Part shown: piece by piece, positions 43,959 to 53,862 of the stretch
Layout: the number at the start of each line of letters is the position of its first letter
How positions within the stretch are numbered: position 1 is the first letter of the stretch
Source of the DNA: an uncultured Lachnospiraceae bacterium
GTDB taxonomy: Bacteria > Bacillota > Clostridia > Christensenellales > UBA1242
DNA length: 64,000 nt
Assembly: GCA_964416085.1 (NCBI GenBank)
Contig: CAYQCO010000001.1
Location: forward strand, 3,424-67,423
Reading direction: 5' to 3'
Made by a program: the position numbers and the translations under genes
Notes under the pieces: model-generated
Seen by the model: only the letters and a program-made list of their open reading frames with translations
Databases searched by the model: none
What the model was told of the DNA's origin: nothing

Positions 43959-45707
43959 TTACAAAACATCAAGTGTATTGTTTAATTTTGTGGAATAAAT
44001 TGTCACATTGCTGCCTTTCAAACTTGCCACAATTTGCTCTTCATAATCAGTATAACCATTTGAAGAAGCATAAACTGAACCAGTTGAAGCAGGATAAACA
44101 AGGTCAAACAAAACATCAAAATATGTCTTGCCAGTGAGTTCGTTTGACAATGTATAATACAAGTTGTTTGTTTGTGAATTGTCTCTTGAAATAACCACTG
44201 CATTTCTGTCAGCATAATTGAAGTCTGCTTTTACTTCGCCAACGCAATACAACAAATGCACACCATATTGGGTAACGATGTATTCGTTTGACTCAGTTTT
44301 TGTAAGGTTATTTTTCAAAAGTCTAATTGCTTCGTCAGTAAACTCTTCAACCATAGAACTATATTCTGTGTCGCCGTCATAACCAATTACATAAGGCTTG
44401 TCAGCAGTCAAAGTTGCAGTGTCGCTTGTGTATCTAAACATAAAGTCAACAAAGTCATCAAGACTCTTTACGCCGTTTTTGTATTCTTGCAAAATTTCTT
44501 CTATTGTCTTGTCGCCATCAATCAATTCACCAGTTTCAGTATCTCTTTCTTGGTGAGTTTGGCTCAAAATTGTTGAAGTTTTGTAATTTGCAAATTGTTC
44601 TTCGTCATAAATACCTGTTTCTTCTTTCTCGTCAAGTGCAGTAAACACATCTTCATCAACTGGAAGCAACACGTGCAAGAAATATCCAAATTTGCCAGTT
44701 GCATTTTCTGGTGTGTAATACACCATTTCCGCATCTGAACCAACAGTTTTTAGATAATTGTAATAATCTGTTAAAGAATTGGTGTATTTTGCGTGGTCAG
44801 TTTCCACCAACTCAACATATTTGTTCAACAATTTGCTTGTAGAAAGTGTTTCGTGTGCAACATAATAATCTTCAAAATTTGAGATATATGCAGTTTGAAC
44901 TTGGTTGTCATACAATCTTTCAATAAGTCTCTTTATCAAACTTTCAGTGTCAGTAGAATACTTGTTGCCGTCAGCATCTCTCAAATAATATTCATAATTG
45001 ATAAGGTTTTTTGACAACAAACTCAATGCCTTGTTGGATAGCACGTCATAATTTTCTTCAAGATATTTGTTGTAGTTTATATTTTCCATAAATTTGGCGT
45101 ATATCTTGCCAACAATTTCGCTCTTTTTCTTTGAAGAATAATTTGCAACATAGTCGTGGTCCAAAGCATATTCTGTGATTGTTTCGTCTTTTTCGTCAAG
45201 ATATTTGATTATGTCGCTGCCATATTCAAGTTCTGCTCTTTTTGAATATTGATAGTCTGTTTTTTTGTATACAGTTGACTCTTCCTCATCTTCTGTTTCT
45301 TCTGGCTCGTCAACGTTATACATTTCTCGTGCAGTTGTCAAATAACTATCAAAACTAGATTGAAGTGAATCCAGCACTTCTTGATAAATCTCGTTGATAT
45401 CATATTCTGTCAAAGCATATCTGTCGTCTTGCTTGATATAGTCAGCCAAAAGACGTCTGTCAATCATAAGATTTAATGTGGATTTTAGTGCTTCTTCTTG
45501 GCTCTTGCCTTGTTGACTCACATAATAACTATATCCATAATTGTTGTAAGAATTAATCAATTCGTGTCTAGTGATTTCATAGCCGTTGACTTCGGCTACG
45601 ACTTCATTGTAATATTTTACATAATCCACTTTGAATGTGGAGCAACCAGCAAAGCAACAAGTCACAACCATAAGCAAAGTCATAAGTAATACGGTAATTT
45701 TTTTCAT
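43959..45707 (-). CDS. lipoprotein, SurA-N/PrsA-like foldase family
   Basis: Lipobox is CCFAGC|S. The N-terminal segment is VAEVNGYEITRHELINSY and a PPIase-like remnant is YIVTQYGVHLLY. It sits after mfd, as in Clostridia. Confidence 0.55.
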   Translation of the reverse strand: MKKITVLLMTLLMVVTCCFAGCSTFKVDYVKYYNEVVAEVNGYEITRHELINSYNNYGYSYYVSQQGKSQEEALKSTLNLMIDRRLLADYIKQDDRYALTEYDINEIYQEVLDSLQSSFDSYLTTAREMYNVDEPEETEDEEESTVYKKTDYQYSKRAELEYGSDIIKYLDEKDETITEYALDHDYVANYSSKKKSEIVGKIYAKFMENINYNKYLEENYDVLSNKALSLLSKNLINYEYYLRDADGNKYSTDTESLIKRLIERLYDNQVQTAYISNFEDYYVAHETLSTSKLLNKYVELVETDHAKYTNSLTDYYNYLKTVGSDAEMVYYTPENATGKFGYFLHVLLPVDEDVFTALDEKEETGIYDEEQFANYKTSTILSQTHQERDTETGELIDGDKTIEEILQEYKNGVKSLDDFVDFMFRYTSDTATLTADKPYVIGYDGDTEYSSMVEEFTDEAIRLLKNNLTKTESNEYIVTQYGVHLLYCVGEVKADFNYADRNAVVISRDNSQTNNLYYTLSNELTGKTYFDVLFDLVYPASTGSVYASSNGYTDYEEQIVASLKGSNVTIYSTKLNNTLDVL

Positions 45708-45749
45708 TCAGCCTTTCTCCTTAAAATGTTTCCCCATACATTCTCGTAT

Positions 45750-45778
45750 ATTATAATAGAAAATAATCAAAAAATCAA
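45750..45778 (-). promoter_or_regulatory. sigma-A promoter TTGATT-17-TATAAT for the PrsA-like gene
   Basis: The -35 is the complement of 45773-45778 and the -10 is the complement of 45750-45755. The SD-containing leader (AAGGAGAAAGG) follows. Confidence 0.55.
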
Positions 45779-45787
45779 CTAATTTGA

Positions 45788-48700
45788 CTATATTTGTGCG
45801 GATAAAAATTCCACAAAATAACCTTGTGCTGTATCGGGTGAAAATTCGTTTGTCTTCAACCTAATTGTTGGCAATTCTGTATTTAATAAACTAATTTTGC
45901 CAAATTTGTTGATAGTTGAAAGCAATTTGCCGCTGTCAAAGTCTTCTTTGTAGAACACGATTGAATAGTTGTTTTTGTTGATTGTGATATGTTTTGCCCC
46001 AACTTTTTGCGCAAGGGCTTTGATTAGTGCCACATTTGTAAGTTGCAACACTTCTTTTGGAAGTCTGCCATAACTATTTTTGAGTTCTCCAACAACTTGT
46101 TTTTGACTTTCTATGCTGTCAATGTTGGAAATTTTTGAATAAATACGCAGCTTTTCTGCTTCGTCTGCAACAAAATCATTTGGAATTTTGGCAGAAATTG
46201 CAATGTCAAGTTTGACTTCTCTCTTTTCTTCCACCTTTTCGCCTTTGAGTCTTTTTGTCGCTTCTTCAAGCAATCTAACATACATATCATAACCAACTTT
46301 TATCATATGTCCGTGTTGCTCACGTCCCAAAAGTTCGCCTGCACCCCTAAGTTGCAAGTCACGCATAGCAATCTTAAACCCACTGCCAAGGTCAGTGTTT
46401 TCTGCCAATGCTTCAAGCCTATTGGTAGCGTCAATCGTAATAGTTTTGTGCTTTGGATAAGTAAAGTAAGCATATGCCTGTTCATTGCTTCGGCCAACTC
46501 TTCCCCTAAGTTGATAGAGTTGAGACAGCCCCAAATTTTGACTATCCAAAACAATCAAGGTGTTGGCTTTTGGAAGATCAATTCCGTTTTCTATCAAGAT
46601 CGTTGACACAAAGACGTTTGTTTTGCCGTCATAAAGCCTTTTTATTGCATTTTCAAGTTCAACTTTTGCCATTTTGCCGTGTGCGACATCAAACCTGCAT
46701 CTCTCATCATTCAATTCATCCATAAGATTTTTTGCAAAAGTAAAAATCTTTTCTATATCATTGTATACAATCAAAACTTGACCGCCGCGGTCTATTTCGT
46801 TTTTCACAACTTCGGCACAAGTCGTCATATCAAATGGGGTCACATAAGTCTTGACTGGGAGTCGATTTTTTGGTGGCGTGTTGATAATGCTAATATCTCT
46901 CAACGTTAGCATTGCCATATTGAGTGTCCTTGGTATTGGTGTAGCCGACATTGTGATAACATTGACATTGTTTTTTATCCCTTTGAGTTTTTCTTTGGCC
47001 TTAACACCAAATCTTTGCTCTTCATCCAACACCAAAAGTCCCAAATCTTTAAACTCTACTCCGTCTGCAAGAATTGCGTGCGTAGCACAAATTACATCAA
47101 TTTGACCGTTTTTGAGTTTATTTAGTATTTCTTTCTTTTCTTTGGCGGTTTTAAATCTGTTGAGCATTTCAACTCTAACACCAAAATCCTTAAATCTCTT
47201 TGAAAAAGTCATAAAATGTTGCAGGCTCAAAATTGTTGTCGGAGCCAAAAGTGCTGTCTGCTTGCCATCAAGGAATGTCTTAAAAATCGCACGCATTGCA
47301 ACTTCTGTCTTGCCATATCCCACATCGCCACAAACAAGACGGTCCATAACTTTTCCGCTCATCATATCGTTTTTTATGTCTTGAATTGCAAGGGATTGGT
47401 CAGGGGTCTCTGTCCATTCAAAAGAGTTTTCAAACTCAGCCATTAGATAGTTGTCTGGTGAATACTTAAACCCTTTTGCCTGAGAACGTTTGGCATAAAG
47501 TTCCAAAAGTTCTTTGGCCATTTCTTCAACCGCTTTTTCTGTTCGCTTTTTGGTTTGGGCAAATTCTTTTCCGCCAAGTCTATTGAGTCTAACTTCACCA
47601 CTGCCCATATAGAGCGACAAATAATCCGTATTTTCAGTTGGAACGTATAGCACGTCACCTTTTTGATACACAATCTTAAAAAAGTCTTTGTCTGCACCCA
47701 AAACTTTTAACGTCACAACACCTTCACAAAGACCTATTCCGTGAATTTCGTGAACGACATATTCGCCCGCTTTTGGCAAAAATTTTAGTTTGCTTGCTGT
47801 CTTTTTTGCTACTTCTTTTTTCTTGGCAAAATTGCTCCCACCAACATAAAAAACATCTTCATCTTTCAAGCAAATATTGTAAGGAATATTTGAGTCGGTA
47901 AGAATAAAACCATTGCTATTTTCATTGGTTGAAAAAGGAATGTTTTGTTTAAACAAAATTTCTTTTATTGAATTTTTTGTAAATTCGTCATTTAAGCATA
48001 ATTTAATTTTTTTATTTTTTAATTCTTCAATAGAAAAATCATTTTTTAATAAATTTAAATTATTTAAATAATTGTTTAATATTTTTGAATTAAAATCAAA
48101 AAAATTGTCATTTTGATTAAAAATACTGCCATTTTCAATAAAAATATGCTTATTTTTGCTATTTTCTAAATTTTTTGAAATTTTTTCAATTAATTTTTTA
48201 TTAATTAATTTATTTTTTATTTTATTGTTTATTTTTGCAACTTTTTCATTATTTAATTTTTCGTTTTCTGTATTTAATGTCAACACATTTTGAAGAACAA
48301 TTATTGGATTTTTTAAATAATCAACAAGGTGAAAATTTTCAATATCAAAGCAAGGCAAAAGTTCGGTTGGGATATTGTCTTTGTCAATTCCAAGGTCAAA
48401 AAAGTCACCTTCAAGAGTAGAAGAAAAATCTTTTAGATTTTGCTCAACAATTTGTTGTTCTTGCTCGTTTAACAAAACAATTTTGTTGGGCAATATTTTT
48501 ATTTCATCAAGGCTTTTTATCCTTGCAAGATTGATGTTGTCATAATAAATTATGCTCTCAATTTCGTCATCAAAAAAGTTTATTCGCACCAAATAATCGT
48601 GCGAGCAGGTCATAATGTCAACAATGTCTCCGCGGACAGAAAACTCGCCAATTGCATCAACAAAATCCACACGTTTGTATCCAATTTCCACAAGCATTTT

Positions 48701-49105
48701 GGACAAACTGGACAAATCATAACTCTTGCCACATTCAAGTTGGATTGTTGAGTTTTTAAAGTTTTTTGGGCTTGTCAAATTTGTTTTGAGTCCAGCCAAA
48801 GTTGTAACGACTGTATCCACATTGCCCATCACGCATTCATTCAAAGCATTGATGATTTTATATGTATTGTCCTTGCTTTGAAATTTTGAAAAAACAAATT
48901 CACTGTCAAAACTGTCAATCAAGACGTTTTCTTTTCCAAGTGCGGTCAACTGCTCGCTAATCTTAAAAGCATTTTCCACACTTGAAGCGACAAAAAATAT
49001 AGGCGAGTTTATTTTTGACAAAAAATATCCCTGCTCGCCAATTCCAGCGCCACTCAAATATATGTCGCTTGTCTTTAATTTTTCTAGTGCTTGCTCAACA
49101 ATCAT
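45788..49105 (-). CDS. mfd: transcription-repair coupling factor Mfd
   Basis: Walker A GDVGYGKTEVA, then LVLDEEQRFG, QLRGRVGR, and the RNAP-interaction region GDYVVHEIHGIG. An N/K-rich low-complexity segment is encoded at about 47950-48270. Confidence 0.9.
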   Translation of the reverse strand: MIVEQALEKLKTSDIYLSGAGIGEQGYFLSKINSPIFFVASSVENAFKISEQLTALGKENVLIDSFDSEFVFSKFQSKDNTYKIINALNECVMGNVDTVVTTLAGLKTNLTSPKNFKNSTIQLECGKSYDLSSLSKMLVEIGYKRVDFVDAIGEFSVRGDIVDIMTCSHDYLVRINFFDDEIESIIYYDNINLARIKSLDEIKILPNKIVLLNEQEQQIVEQNLKDFSSTLEGDFFDLGIDKDNIPTELLPCFDIENFHLVDYLKNPIIVLQNVLTLNTENEKLNNEKVAKINNKIKNKLINKKLIEKISKNLENSKNKHIFIENGSIFNQNDNFFDFNSKILNNYLNNLNLLKNDFSIEELKNKKIKLCLNDEFTKNSIKEILFKQNIPFSTNENSNGFILTDSNIPYNICLKDEDVFYVGGSNFAKKKEVAKKTASKLKFLPKAGEYVVHEIHGIGLCEGVVTLKVLGADKDFFKIVYQKGDVLYVPTENTDYLSLYMGSGEVRLNRLGGKEFAQTKKRTEKAVEEMAKELLELYAKRSQAKGFKYSPDNYLMAEFENSFEWTETPDQSLAIQDIKNDMMSGKVMDRLVCGDVGYGKTEVAMRAIFKTFLDGKQTALLAPTTILSLQHFMTFSKRFKDFGVRVEMLNRFKTAKEKKEILNKLKNGQIDVICATHAILADGVEFKDLGLLVLDEEQRFGVKAKEKLKGIKNNVNVITMSATPIPRTLNMAMLTLRDISIINTPPKNRLPVKTYVTPFDMTTCAEVVKNEIDRGGQVLIVYNDIEKIFTFAKNLMDELNDERCRFDVAHGKMAKVELENAIKRLYDGKTNVFVSTILIENGIDLPKANTLIVLDSQNLGLSQLYQLRGRVGRSNEQAYAYFTYPKHKTITIDATNRLEALAENTDLGSGFKIAMRDLQLRGAGELLGREQHGHMIKVGYDMYVRLLEEATKRLKGEKVEEKREVKLDIAISAKIPNDFVADEAEKLRIYSKISNIDSIESQKQVVGELKNSYGRLPKEVLQLTNVALIKALAQKVGAKHITINKNNYSIVFYKEDFDSGKLLSTINKFGKISLLNTELPTIRLKTNEFSPDTAQGYFVEFLSAQI

Positions 49106-49611
49106 TAGGCTTCCACCATTTCCTTGATTTTTTCTATTGCCATATCAATCGCTTTGTCAATTTCCTCTTTTGACATCATATCAATGTTGGACAAAACATA
49201 ATCAGCAAGACCCATTCCGTCTGGTTTGCCAATGCCTATTCTTATCCTTGGAGTCTCGCCAACTTTTTTTACAATATCCCTAAGTCCATTGTGAGTACCA
49301 GCGCTTCCGCCTTCTCTAAAACGCATTGCACCTTTTGGCAAATCTATATCATCCAAAACAATCAATATGTCTTGATTGGAGACTTTGAAATATTTTTTAA
49401 GTTCAGCGACCGCATCCCCTGACAAATTCATAAAAGTCAAAGGCTTGGCCAAAATTATATCGCCCAACTTGGCAATTTCGCATTTGCATTTTTTCTTTGA
49501 AAAATCTATCCCCCACAATTTTGCAAGCCTGTCAACCGCCATATAGCCAATATTGTGATAAGTCTTCGCATACAATCCGCCCGGATTGCCCAATCCAACA
49601 ACAATTTTCAT
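49105..49611 (-). CDS. pth: peptidyl-tRNA hydrolase
   Basis: MKIVVGLGNPG..Y..TYHNIGY...GTHNGL. Its stop overlaps the mfd start. Confidence 0.9.
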   Translation of the reverse strand: MKIVVGLGNPGGLYAKTYHNIGYMAVDRLAKLWGIDFSKKKCKCEIAKLGDIILAKPLTFMNLSGDAVAELKKYFKVSNQDILIVLDDIDLPKGAMRFREGGSAGTHNGLRDIVKKVGETPRIRIGIGKPDGMGLADYVLSNIDMMSKEEIDKAIDMAIEKIKEMVEA

Positions 49612-49684
49612 AAATACCTCGTCATCATTTTATCACAATTTTTCAAAAAAATAAATAGGTTGACCAAATTTCTCATATTATTAT

Positions 49685-49713
49685 TTGATTTATTTGCCAA
49701 TTTTTATTATACT
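49685..49713 (+). promoter_or_regulatory. promoter abutting CPBP start (TTGATT-17-TATACT, then 6 nt, then ATG); leaderless configuration
   Basis: TTGATT at 49685-49690, TATACT at 49708-49713, ATG at 49720. No SD. Confidence 0.45.
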
Positions 49714-49719
49714 TTATAT

Positions 49720-50661
49720 ATGAGTGACAAAAAATTTGATGCAAAAAAGTCCGCGCTAGTATTTTTACTGGCATTTTTGTTAGCACAAATTGTTATGGCG
49801 ATTTGGCAAATTGTTTTGTTGTCAATACTCAAAGCGTGCGGTTATCACAATGTCGACAATTTTTTGTCCAACCCATATTTGTATTGTGTATATAGTTTGG
49901 GGCAATTTGCTGTGTTTGTGTCAATATTTGTGATTTGTTACAAAAAATTTGGCTTAAAAGACGAAATCAAACAAGAAAAACTTGACATAAAATGGTTGTT
50001 GGTTTTCCTTGCACTTGGTGTTGTAACTATGTTTGCATTGTCAAGTTTTGTCAACTATTTCACCACAGCGCTCAATCTTATGGGTCAACCGTCCAATGTT
50101 TTGCAATATTCAATAGACAGTTGGCAAAGTTATTTAATCTCATTGATTAGTCTTGCAGTTCTGCCTGCCGTTGGAGAAGAGTTGTTGTTTAGGGCAACCA
50201 TATTCAATGGATTAAAACAAAAAGGCAAATTGTTCGCGGTTGTTTTGTCAAGTGTTATGTTTGCGATTTTCCATTTTAGCCTGTCTCAGTTGTATTATCC
50301 GTTGTTGTTCGGAATGTTGTTGGGGCTAGCCTATGCCTACACAGACAACTTGTGGGTGCCAATCAGTATGCACTTTTTGAACAATGCACTCAACCTTACC
50401 CTACAATTTGTGTCAAGCTCAAACACAATCTCCACCCCAAAATTGTGGATAGTAATAATTGGTGTTGTTGTATATTTGCTGATATTATTCTTCTCTCTCT
50501 TGCTTCTCAACAAAAAAGAAAGCAACACACCAGAACAAGTTACAGACAACAATAAAACCAACGACAAAAAAGAAAACTTTTTTGAAAGCGATACATTCAA
50601 AATTTCTTGGCCGATTGCGGTTATGGTTGTTTTGTATATATTGTTGGTATTTCTAACATAA
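49720..50661 (+). CDS. CPBP family intramembrane glutamic endopeptidase
   Basis: Motifs are GEELLFR, FAIFH and HFLNN. Start trimmed to ATG 49720 (MSDKKF...). Confidence 0.75.
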   Translation: MSDKKFDAKKSALVFLLAFLLAQIVMAIWQIVLLSILKACGYHNVDNFLSNPYLYCVYSLGQFAVFVSIFVICYKKFGLKDEIKQEKLDIKWLLVFLALGVVTMFALSSFVNYFTTALNLMGQPSNVLQYSIDSWQSYLISLISLAVLPAVGEELLFRATIFNGLKQKGKLFAVVLSSVMFAIFHFSLSQLYYPLLFGMLLGLAYAYTDNLWVPISMHFLNNALNLTLQFVSSSNTISTPKLWIVIIGVVVYLLILFFSLLLLNKKESNTPEQVTDNNKTNDKKENFFESDTFKISWPIAVMVVLYILLVFLT

Positions 50662-50690
50662 TAAATTTTTAAGGAGCATAAGATAGAAAA

Positions 50691-51722
50691 GTGAAAGACA
50701 AAAAATTATTTTTAATCAATCTCATATATTATTTGGCAATGATACTTGTTGCCATAATTTTTGTGATCGGAAGCGCTGGATATTTGACGAGCGAATGGTT
50801 GTCAACATTTTTAATTCAAATTGTTGTTGTCGCCGGAATTCCTATTTTGATGTATTCTTTGTGCGTAACCAAAAGTGTAAAGAAAACATTTGCCAATTTT
50901 GGATTTAAAAAGATGTCAGGCAAACTGGTTTTGTTGTCAATCGCAGTTGCTGTGACACTTTATTTACTCAACATTTTTGTGGCGGACAGTTTTGCAACCA
51001 TAATTGTTTTGCTTGGTTACGAGTCATCAATCCCAGCACTTTCTATCAACTACACATCAATGCTCAGCGACTTCTTTTTGACCGCTTGTTTGCCCGGACT
51101 TTGTGAAGAAATTTTGCACAGAGGCCTAATTTTGAATGGCTGCAAAAAAGAAGGTTATACAAGATATGGACTAATCTGTTCTTCAATCCTTTTTGGACTT
51201 TTGCACCTAAACATTTTGCAATTCTTCTATGCGACAATTTTGGGATTTTGTATGGGCCTTGCAGTGCTGGCTACCGACAGCATTTGGACAGGAATTATCT
51301 GTCACTTCACCAACAATTTTTTGAGTGTGTATTTTAGTTATGACACTGGGCTCCCTATCCAAAGGCTTTACAACTATTTGTTTGACAAAATTATCAACCT
51401 TTCACCAATCCTATTGATAGGATTTTGTGCTGGCGCAATGCTTGGACTTGTGTATTTGTTCAAATGGCTATTAAAATTAATCAAAAAACAACGGTTGAAA
51501 GAATCTGTCGACAAACTGACTCGCGAACTAAAACTTGACAATCTGGACAGCATTGAGGCCGAAGCAAAAATCAATGAAGTCAACGAGTTGTTGAAAAACA
51601 AAAAAGACACTCGTCTCACCAACAAACAAAAACCAAGTTTTGTTGACAACCTATTCCTAATTTGCTCAATAATTTTGGGAGCAGTTGCCACAATATTTAC
51701 TTTTGTTGTAGGTATAATTTAA
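50691..51722 (+). CDS. CPBP family intramembrane glutamic endopeptidase (second, divergent copy)
   Basis: Motifs are CEEILHRG, FGLLH and HFTNN. GTG start. The tail is C-terminal coiled-coil-like with a final TM. Confidence 0.7.
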   Translation: MKDKKLFLINLIYYLAMILVAIIFVIGSAGYLTSEWLSTFLIQIVVVAGIPILMYSLCVTKSVKKTFANFGFKKMSGKLVLLSIAVAVTLYLLNIFVADSFATIIVLLGYESSIPALSINYTSMLSDFFLTACLPGLCEEILHRGLILNGCKKEGYTRYGLICSSILFGLLHLNILQFFYATILGFCMGLAVLATDSIWTGIICHFTNNFLSVYFSYDTGLPIQRLYNYLFDKIINLSPILLIGFCAGAMLGLVYLFKWLLKLIKKQRLKESVDKLTRELKLDNLDSIEAEAKINEVNELLKNKKDTRLTNKQKPSFVDNLFLICSIILGAVATIFTFVVGII

Positions 51723-51725
51723 AAG

Positions 51726-51747
51726 TGCTCTAATTAGAGCATTTTTT
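51726..51747 (+). terminator. rho-independent terminator
   Basis: Palindrome tgctcta-at-tagagca followed by T6. Confidence 0.7.
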
Positions 51748-51790
51748 AACACAAAAAATTCTCCTTGCATAAATAGACTTAGGAGAAAAT

Positions 51791-52723
51791 ATGAACTTTC
51801 AAGACCTTTTAAACAGAATTGTCAGCCTTCAAGATGAAGGGTTGGAACTTTTTAACATTGGCAAAAGCACATTAAACAAAAATATCCTTGCCACACACCT
51901 AGGGAGTTTTGACGGCACACAAATAATTATTCAAGGGGGTATCCACTCGCGCGAATACATATCTACGCTTTTGATGATTGAGCAAGCAAGATATCTCTAT
52001 GTCAACGATTTGGTGAAAGACGGCGGAATATATTTTGTGTTTTTGACCAATCCAGACGGAACAGAAATTGCGCTTGACGGAATAGGCAACATTCCTTGCG
52101 AAATCACCAAACAATATTTGACTTTGGGCAACAACAATAGTGACGATTTTTCACTATTCAAGGCAAATGTAAATTTGGTCGACCTAAACACAAATTTTGA
52201 TGCAGACTGGGGCGAAGGAAGTCAAAATGTTTTTTGCCCTAGCAGTGAAAACTTTGTGGGATTTTATCCAAATAGTGAAAGAGAAGTGCAAAATTTAATC
52301 ACCTTTACACAAAGAATAAAACCAAGTTTGACAATTTCCTATCACTCAAAAGGCGAAGTAATATATTATGGTTTTGCTGGTGAGAGCGAGCAAGATATTG
52401 TGAGAGACCGCAATATTGGTGAACAACTGTCTGCTCTCACAGGATACCCATTGATTTTTACCGAAAACAGCACTGGCGGATACAAAGATTGGTGCATAAA
52501 AAATCTGCAAATTCCGTCTTACACAATCGAAGTTGGCTCCAATCTTTTGTCCCACCCAATAGGCGAAGAAAACTTGCCAGAAATCTTTGAGCAAAACAAA
52601 GACGTTCCGCTCCTTGCATTAAATCTCGCCATAATGTATCAAAACGAAATCAACACATTGTTTAATCGACCCAATCAAAAAATCCAAAAAAACTTGTTCG
52701 AAAAAATTAAATCTTTAAAATAG
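51791..52723 (+). CDS. M14 family zinc carboxypeptidase (gamma-D-glutamyl-meso-diaminopimelate peptidase-like)
   Basis: SD AGGAGA. Zinc motif is GGIHSREY, followed by ...NPDG... and ISYHSKGEVIYY. Confidence 0.7.
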   Translation: MNFQDLLNRIVSLQDEGLELFNIGKSTLNKNILATHLGSFDGTQIIIQGGIHSREYISTLLMIEQARYLYVNDLVKDGGIYFVFLTNPDGTEIALDGIGNIPCEITKQYLTLGNNNSDDFSLFKANVNLVDLNTNFDADWGEGSQNVFCPSSENFVGFYPNSEREVQNLITFTQRIKPSLTISYHSKGEVIYYGFAGESEQDIVRDRNIGEQLSALTGYPLIFTENSTGGYKDWCIKNLQIPSYTIEVGSNLLSHPIGEENLPEIFEQNKDVPLLALNLAIMYQNEINTLFNRPNQKIQKNLFEKIKSLK

Positions 52724-52760
52724 AAACCATTTATTAGCAACTCAGCCACATTTTAAAAGA

Positions 52761-52788
52761 CAAATCCAATTATAGATTTGCCTTTTTT
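52761..52788 (+). terminator. rho-independent terminator
   Basis: Stem caaatc / gatttg (52761-52766 / 52775-52780), then a T6 run at 52783-52788. Confidence 0.6.
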
Positions 52789-52804
52789 AATAGTTATATT
52801 ACAT

Positions 52805-53047
52805 CTAATCCATATTTAGATTATCATATTCAAATAATTGCGAATTTAAAAACTCAGACACGCTCATATTAAAACCATCAGCAATCGCTATTATGGTTTT
52901 CAGGTTAACCCCTTTTGTTTTTCCTTTCATAATACTTTTTATTGTTTCGTGAGACAAACAAGCATTGCGCTCCAATCTATATTGCGAAATATTCTTTTCT
53001 TTTAATAATTCTAATATTCTTACTGATACCGCTTGACTAATATCCAT
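52805..53047 (-). CDS. XRE-family helix-turn-helix transcriptional regulator
   Basis: 80 aa. ISQYRLERNACLSHETIKSIMKGK is the HTH. SD AGGAG. Confidence 0.75.
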   Translation of the reverse strand: MDISQAVSVRILELLKEKNISQYRLERNACLSHETIKSIMKGKTKGVNLKTIIAIADGFNMSVSEFLNSQLFEYDNLNMD

Positions 53048-53106
53048 ACTAACTCCTAAGGGGTATTTTTCACATATTAGTTTAAATCAATACAATTTAA
53101 TTTTAT

Positions 53107-53122
53107 GGGTTAAATTTAACCT
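53107..53122. promoter_or_regulatory. palindromic operator candidate
   Basis: A perfect 14-bp palindrome ggttaaatttaacc lies at 53108-53121, just upstream of the -35. A related half-site ttttaaccc at 53178-53186 lies just downstream of the -10. Confidence 0.5.
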
Positions 53123-53128
53123 AAACAG

Positions 53129-53157
53129 TTGACATCAATATTTATTTATTATATAAT
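53129..53157 (+). promoter_or_regulatory. perfect consensus sigma-A promoter TTGACA-17-TATAAT
   Basis: TTGACA at 53129-53134 and TATAAT at 53152-53157. SD AGGAGA lies before ATG 53203. Confidence 0.7.
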
Positions 53158-53202
53158 ACAATTATATTAGGGGTGTATTTTAACCCTATGTAGGAGAATT
53201 AT

Positions 53203-53826
53203 ATGAAAAAGGGCACAAAAATATTGGTTATTTGGGTAGTGGTATTAGCATTTATTATTCCGCTTGCAACATTGGTTTTTAGCAGTATCGATATGCAAGA
53301 TAATACACAAGAACAACAATTAGTGACTGAATTGGCCGAAAATTTTAGCATAACAAATAGCAAGTATGCTAAAAAATTGGAAAACGCATATCAGCAATAT
53401 CCTAATAACGAAGAAATATGCGCAATCTATTGTTATTACAATGCATTATATTATCAACAAAAAAACAATCAGTATGACGAAACCATTGACTACACTATTT
53501 ACTCTCAATTATATTTACGACAAATCAATTCATCGTATTCGGGTGTAATGTCCGCACAAATTTACAGTTTTGGCATATCGTTATTTGGTTCAAAAACAAA
53601 ATGGGATAATGAAACGGTATACTTTAAAGCCAAATACAACACATTATCACAGACAGACAAAAAGACAATAATTAAATGGATAAAAAATCGTTATTCTTAT
53701 TATGGGAATAAAGAAGATTATTCACAAGAAGTCTTTAATGATGCGGCAACTTATTTTGGTTTATTATATGAAGAAATTGATATGTTGTGGAGTGAATATA
53801 GTCTCAATCCTTATCCGTTATATTAA
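53203..53826 (+). CDS. hypothetical membrane-anchored protein (Tyr/Asn-rich ectodomain)
   Basis: N-terminal TM is ILVIWVVVLAFIIPLATLVF. No recognisable motifs. Confidence 0.55.
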   Translation: MKKGTKILVIWVVVLAFIIPLATLVFSSIDMQDNTQEQQLVTELAENFSITNSKYAKKLENAYQQYPNNEEICAIYCYYNALYYQQKNNQYDETIDYTIYSQLYLRQINSSYSGVMSAQIYSFGISLFGSKTKWDNETVYFKAKYNTLSQTDKKTIIKWIKNRYSYYGNKEDYSQEVFNDAATYFGLLYEEIDMLWSEYSLNPYPLY

Positions 53827-53862
53827 TATTGCTTGTTAGAAAAACAATTAAAAGGAGGAAAT

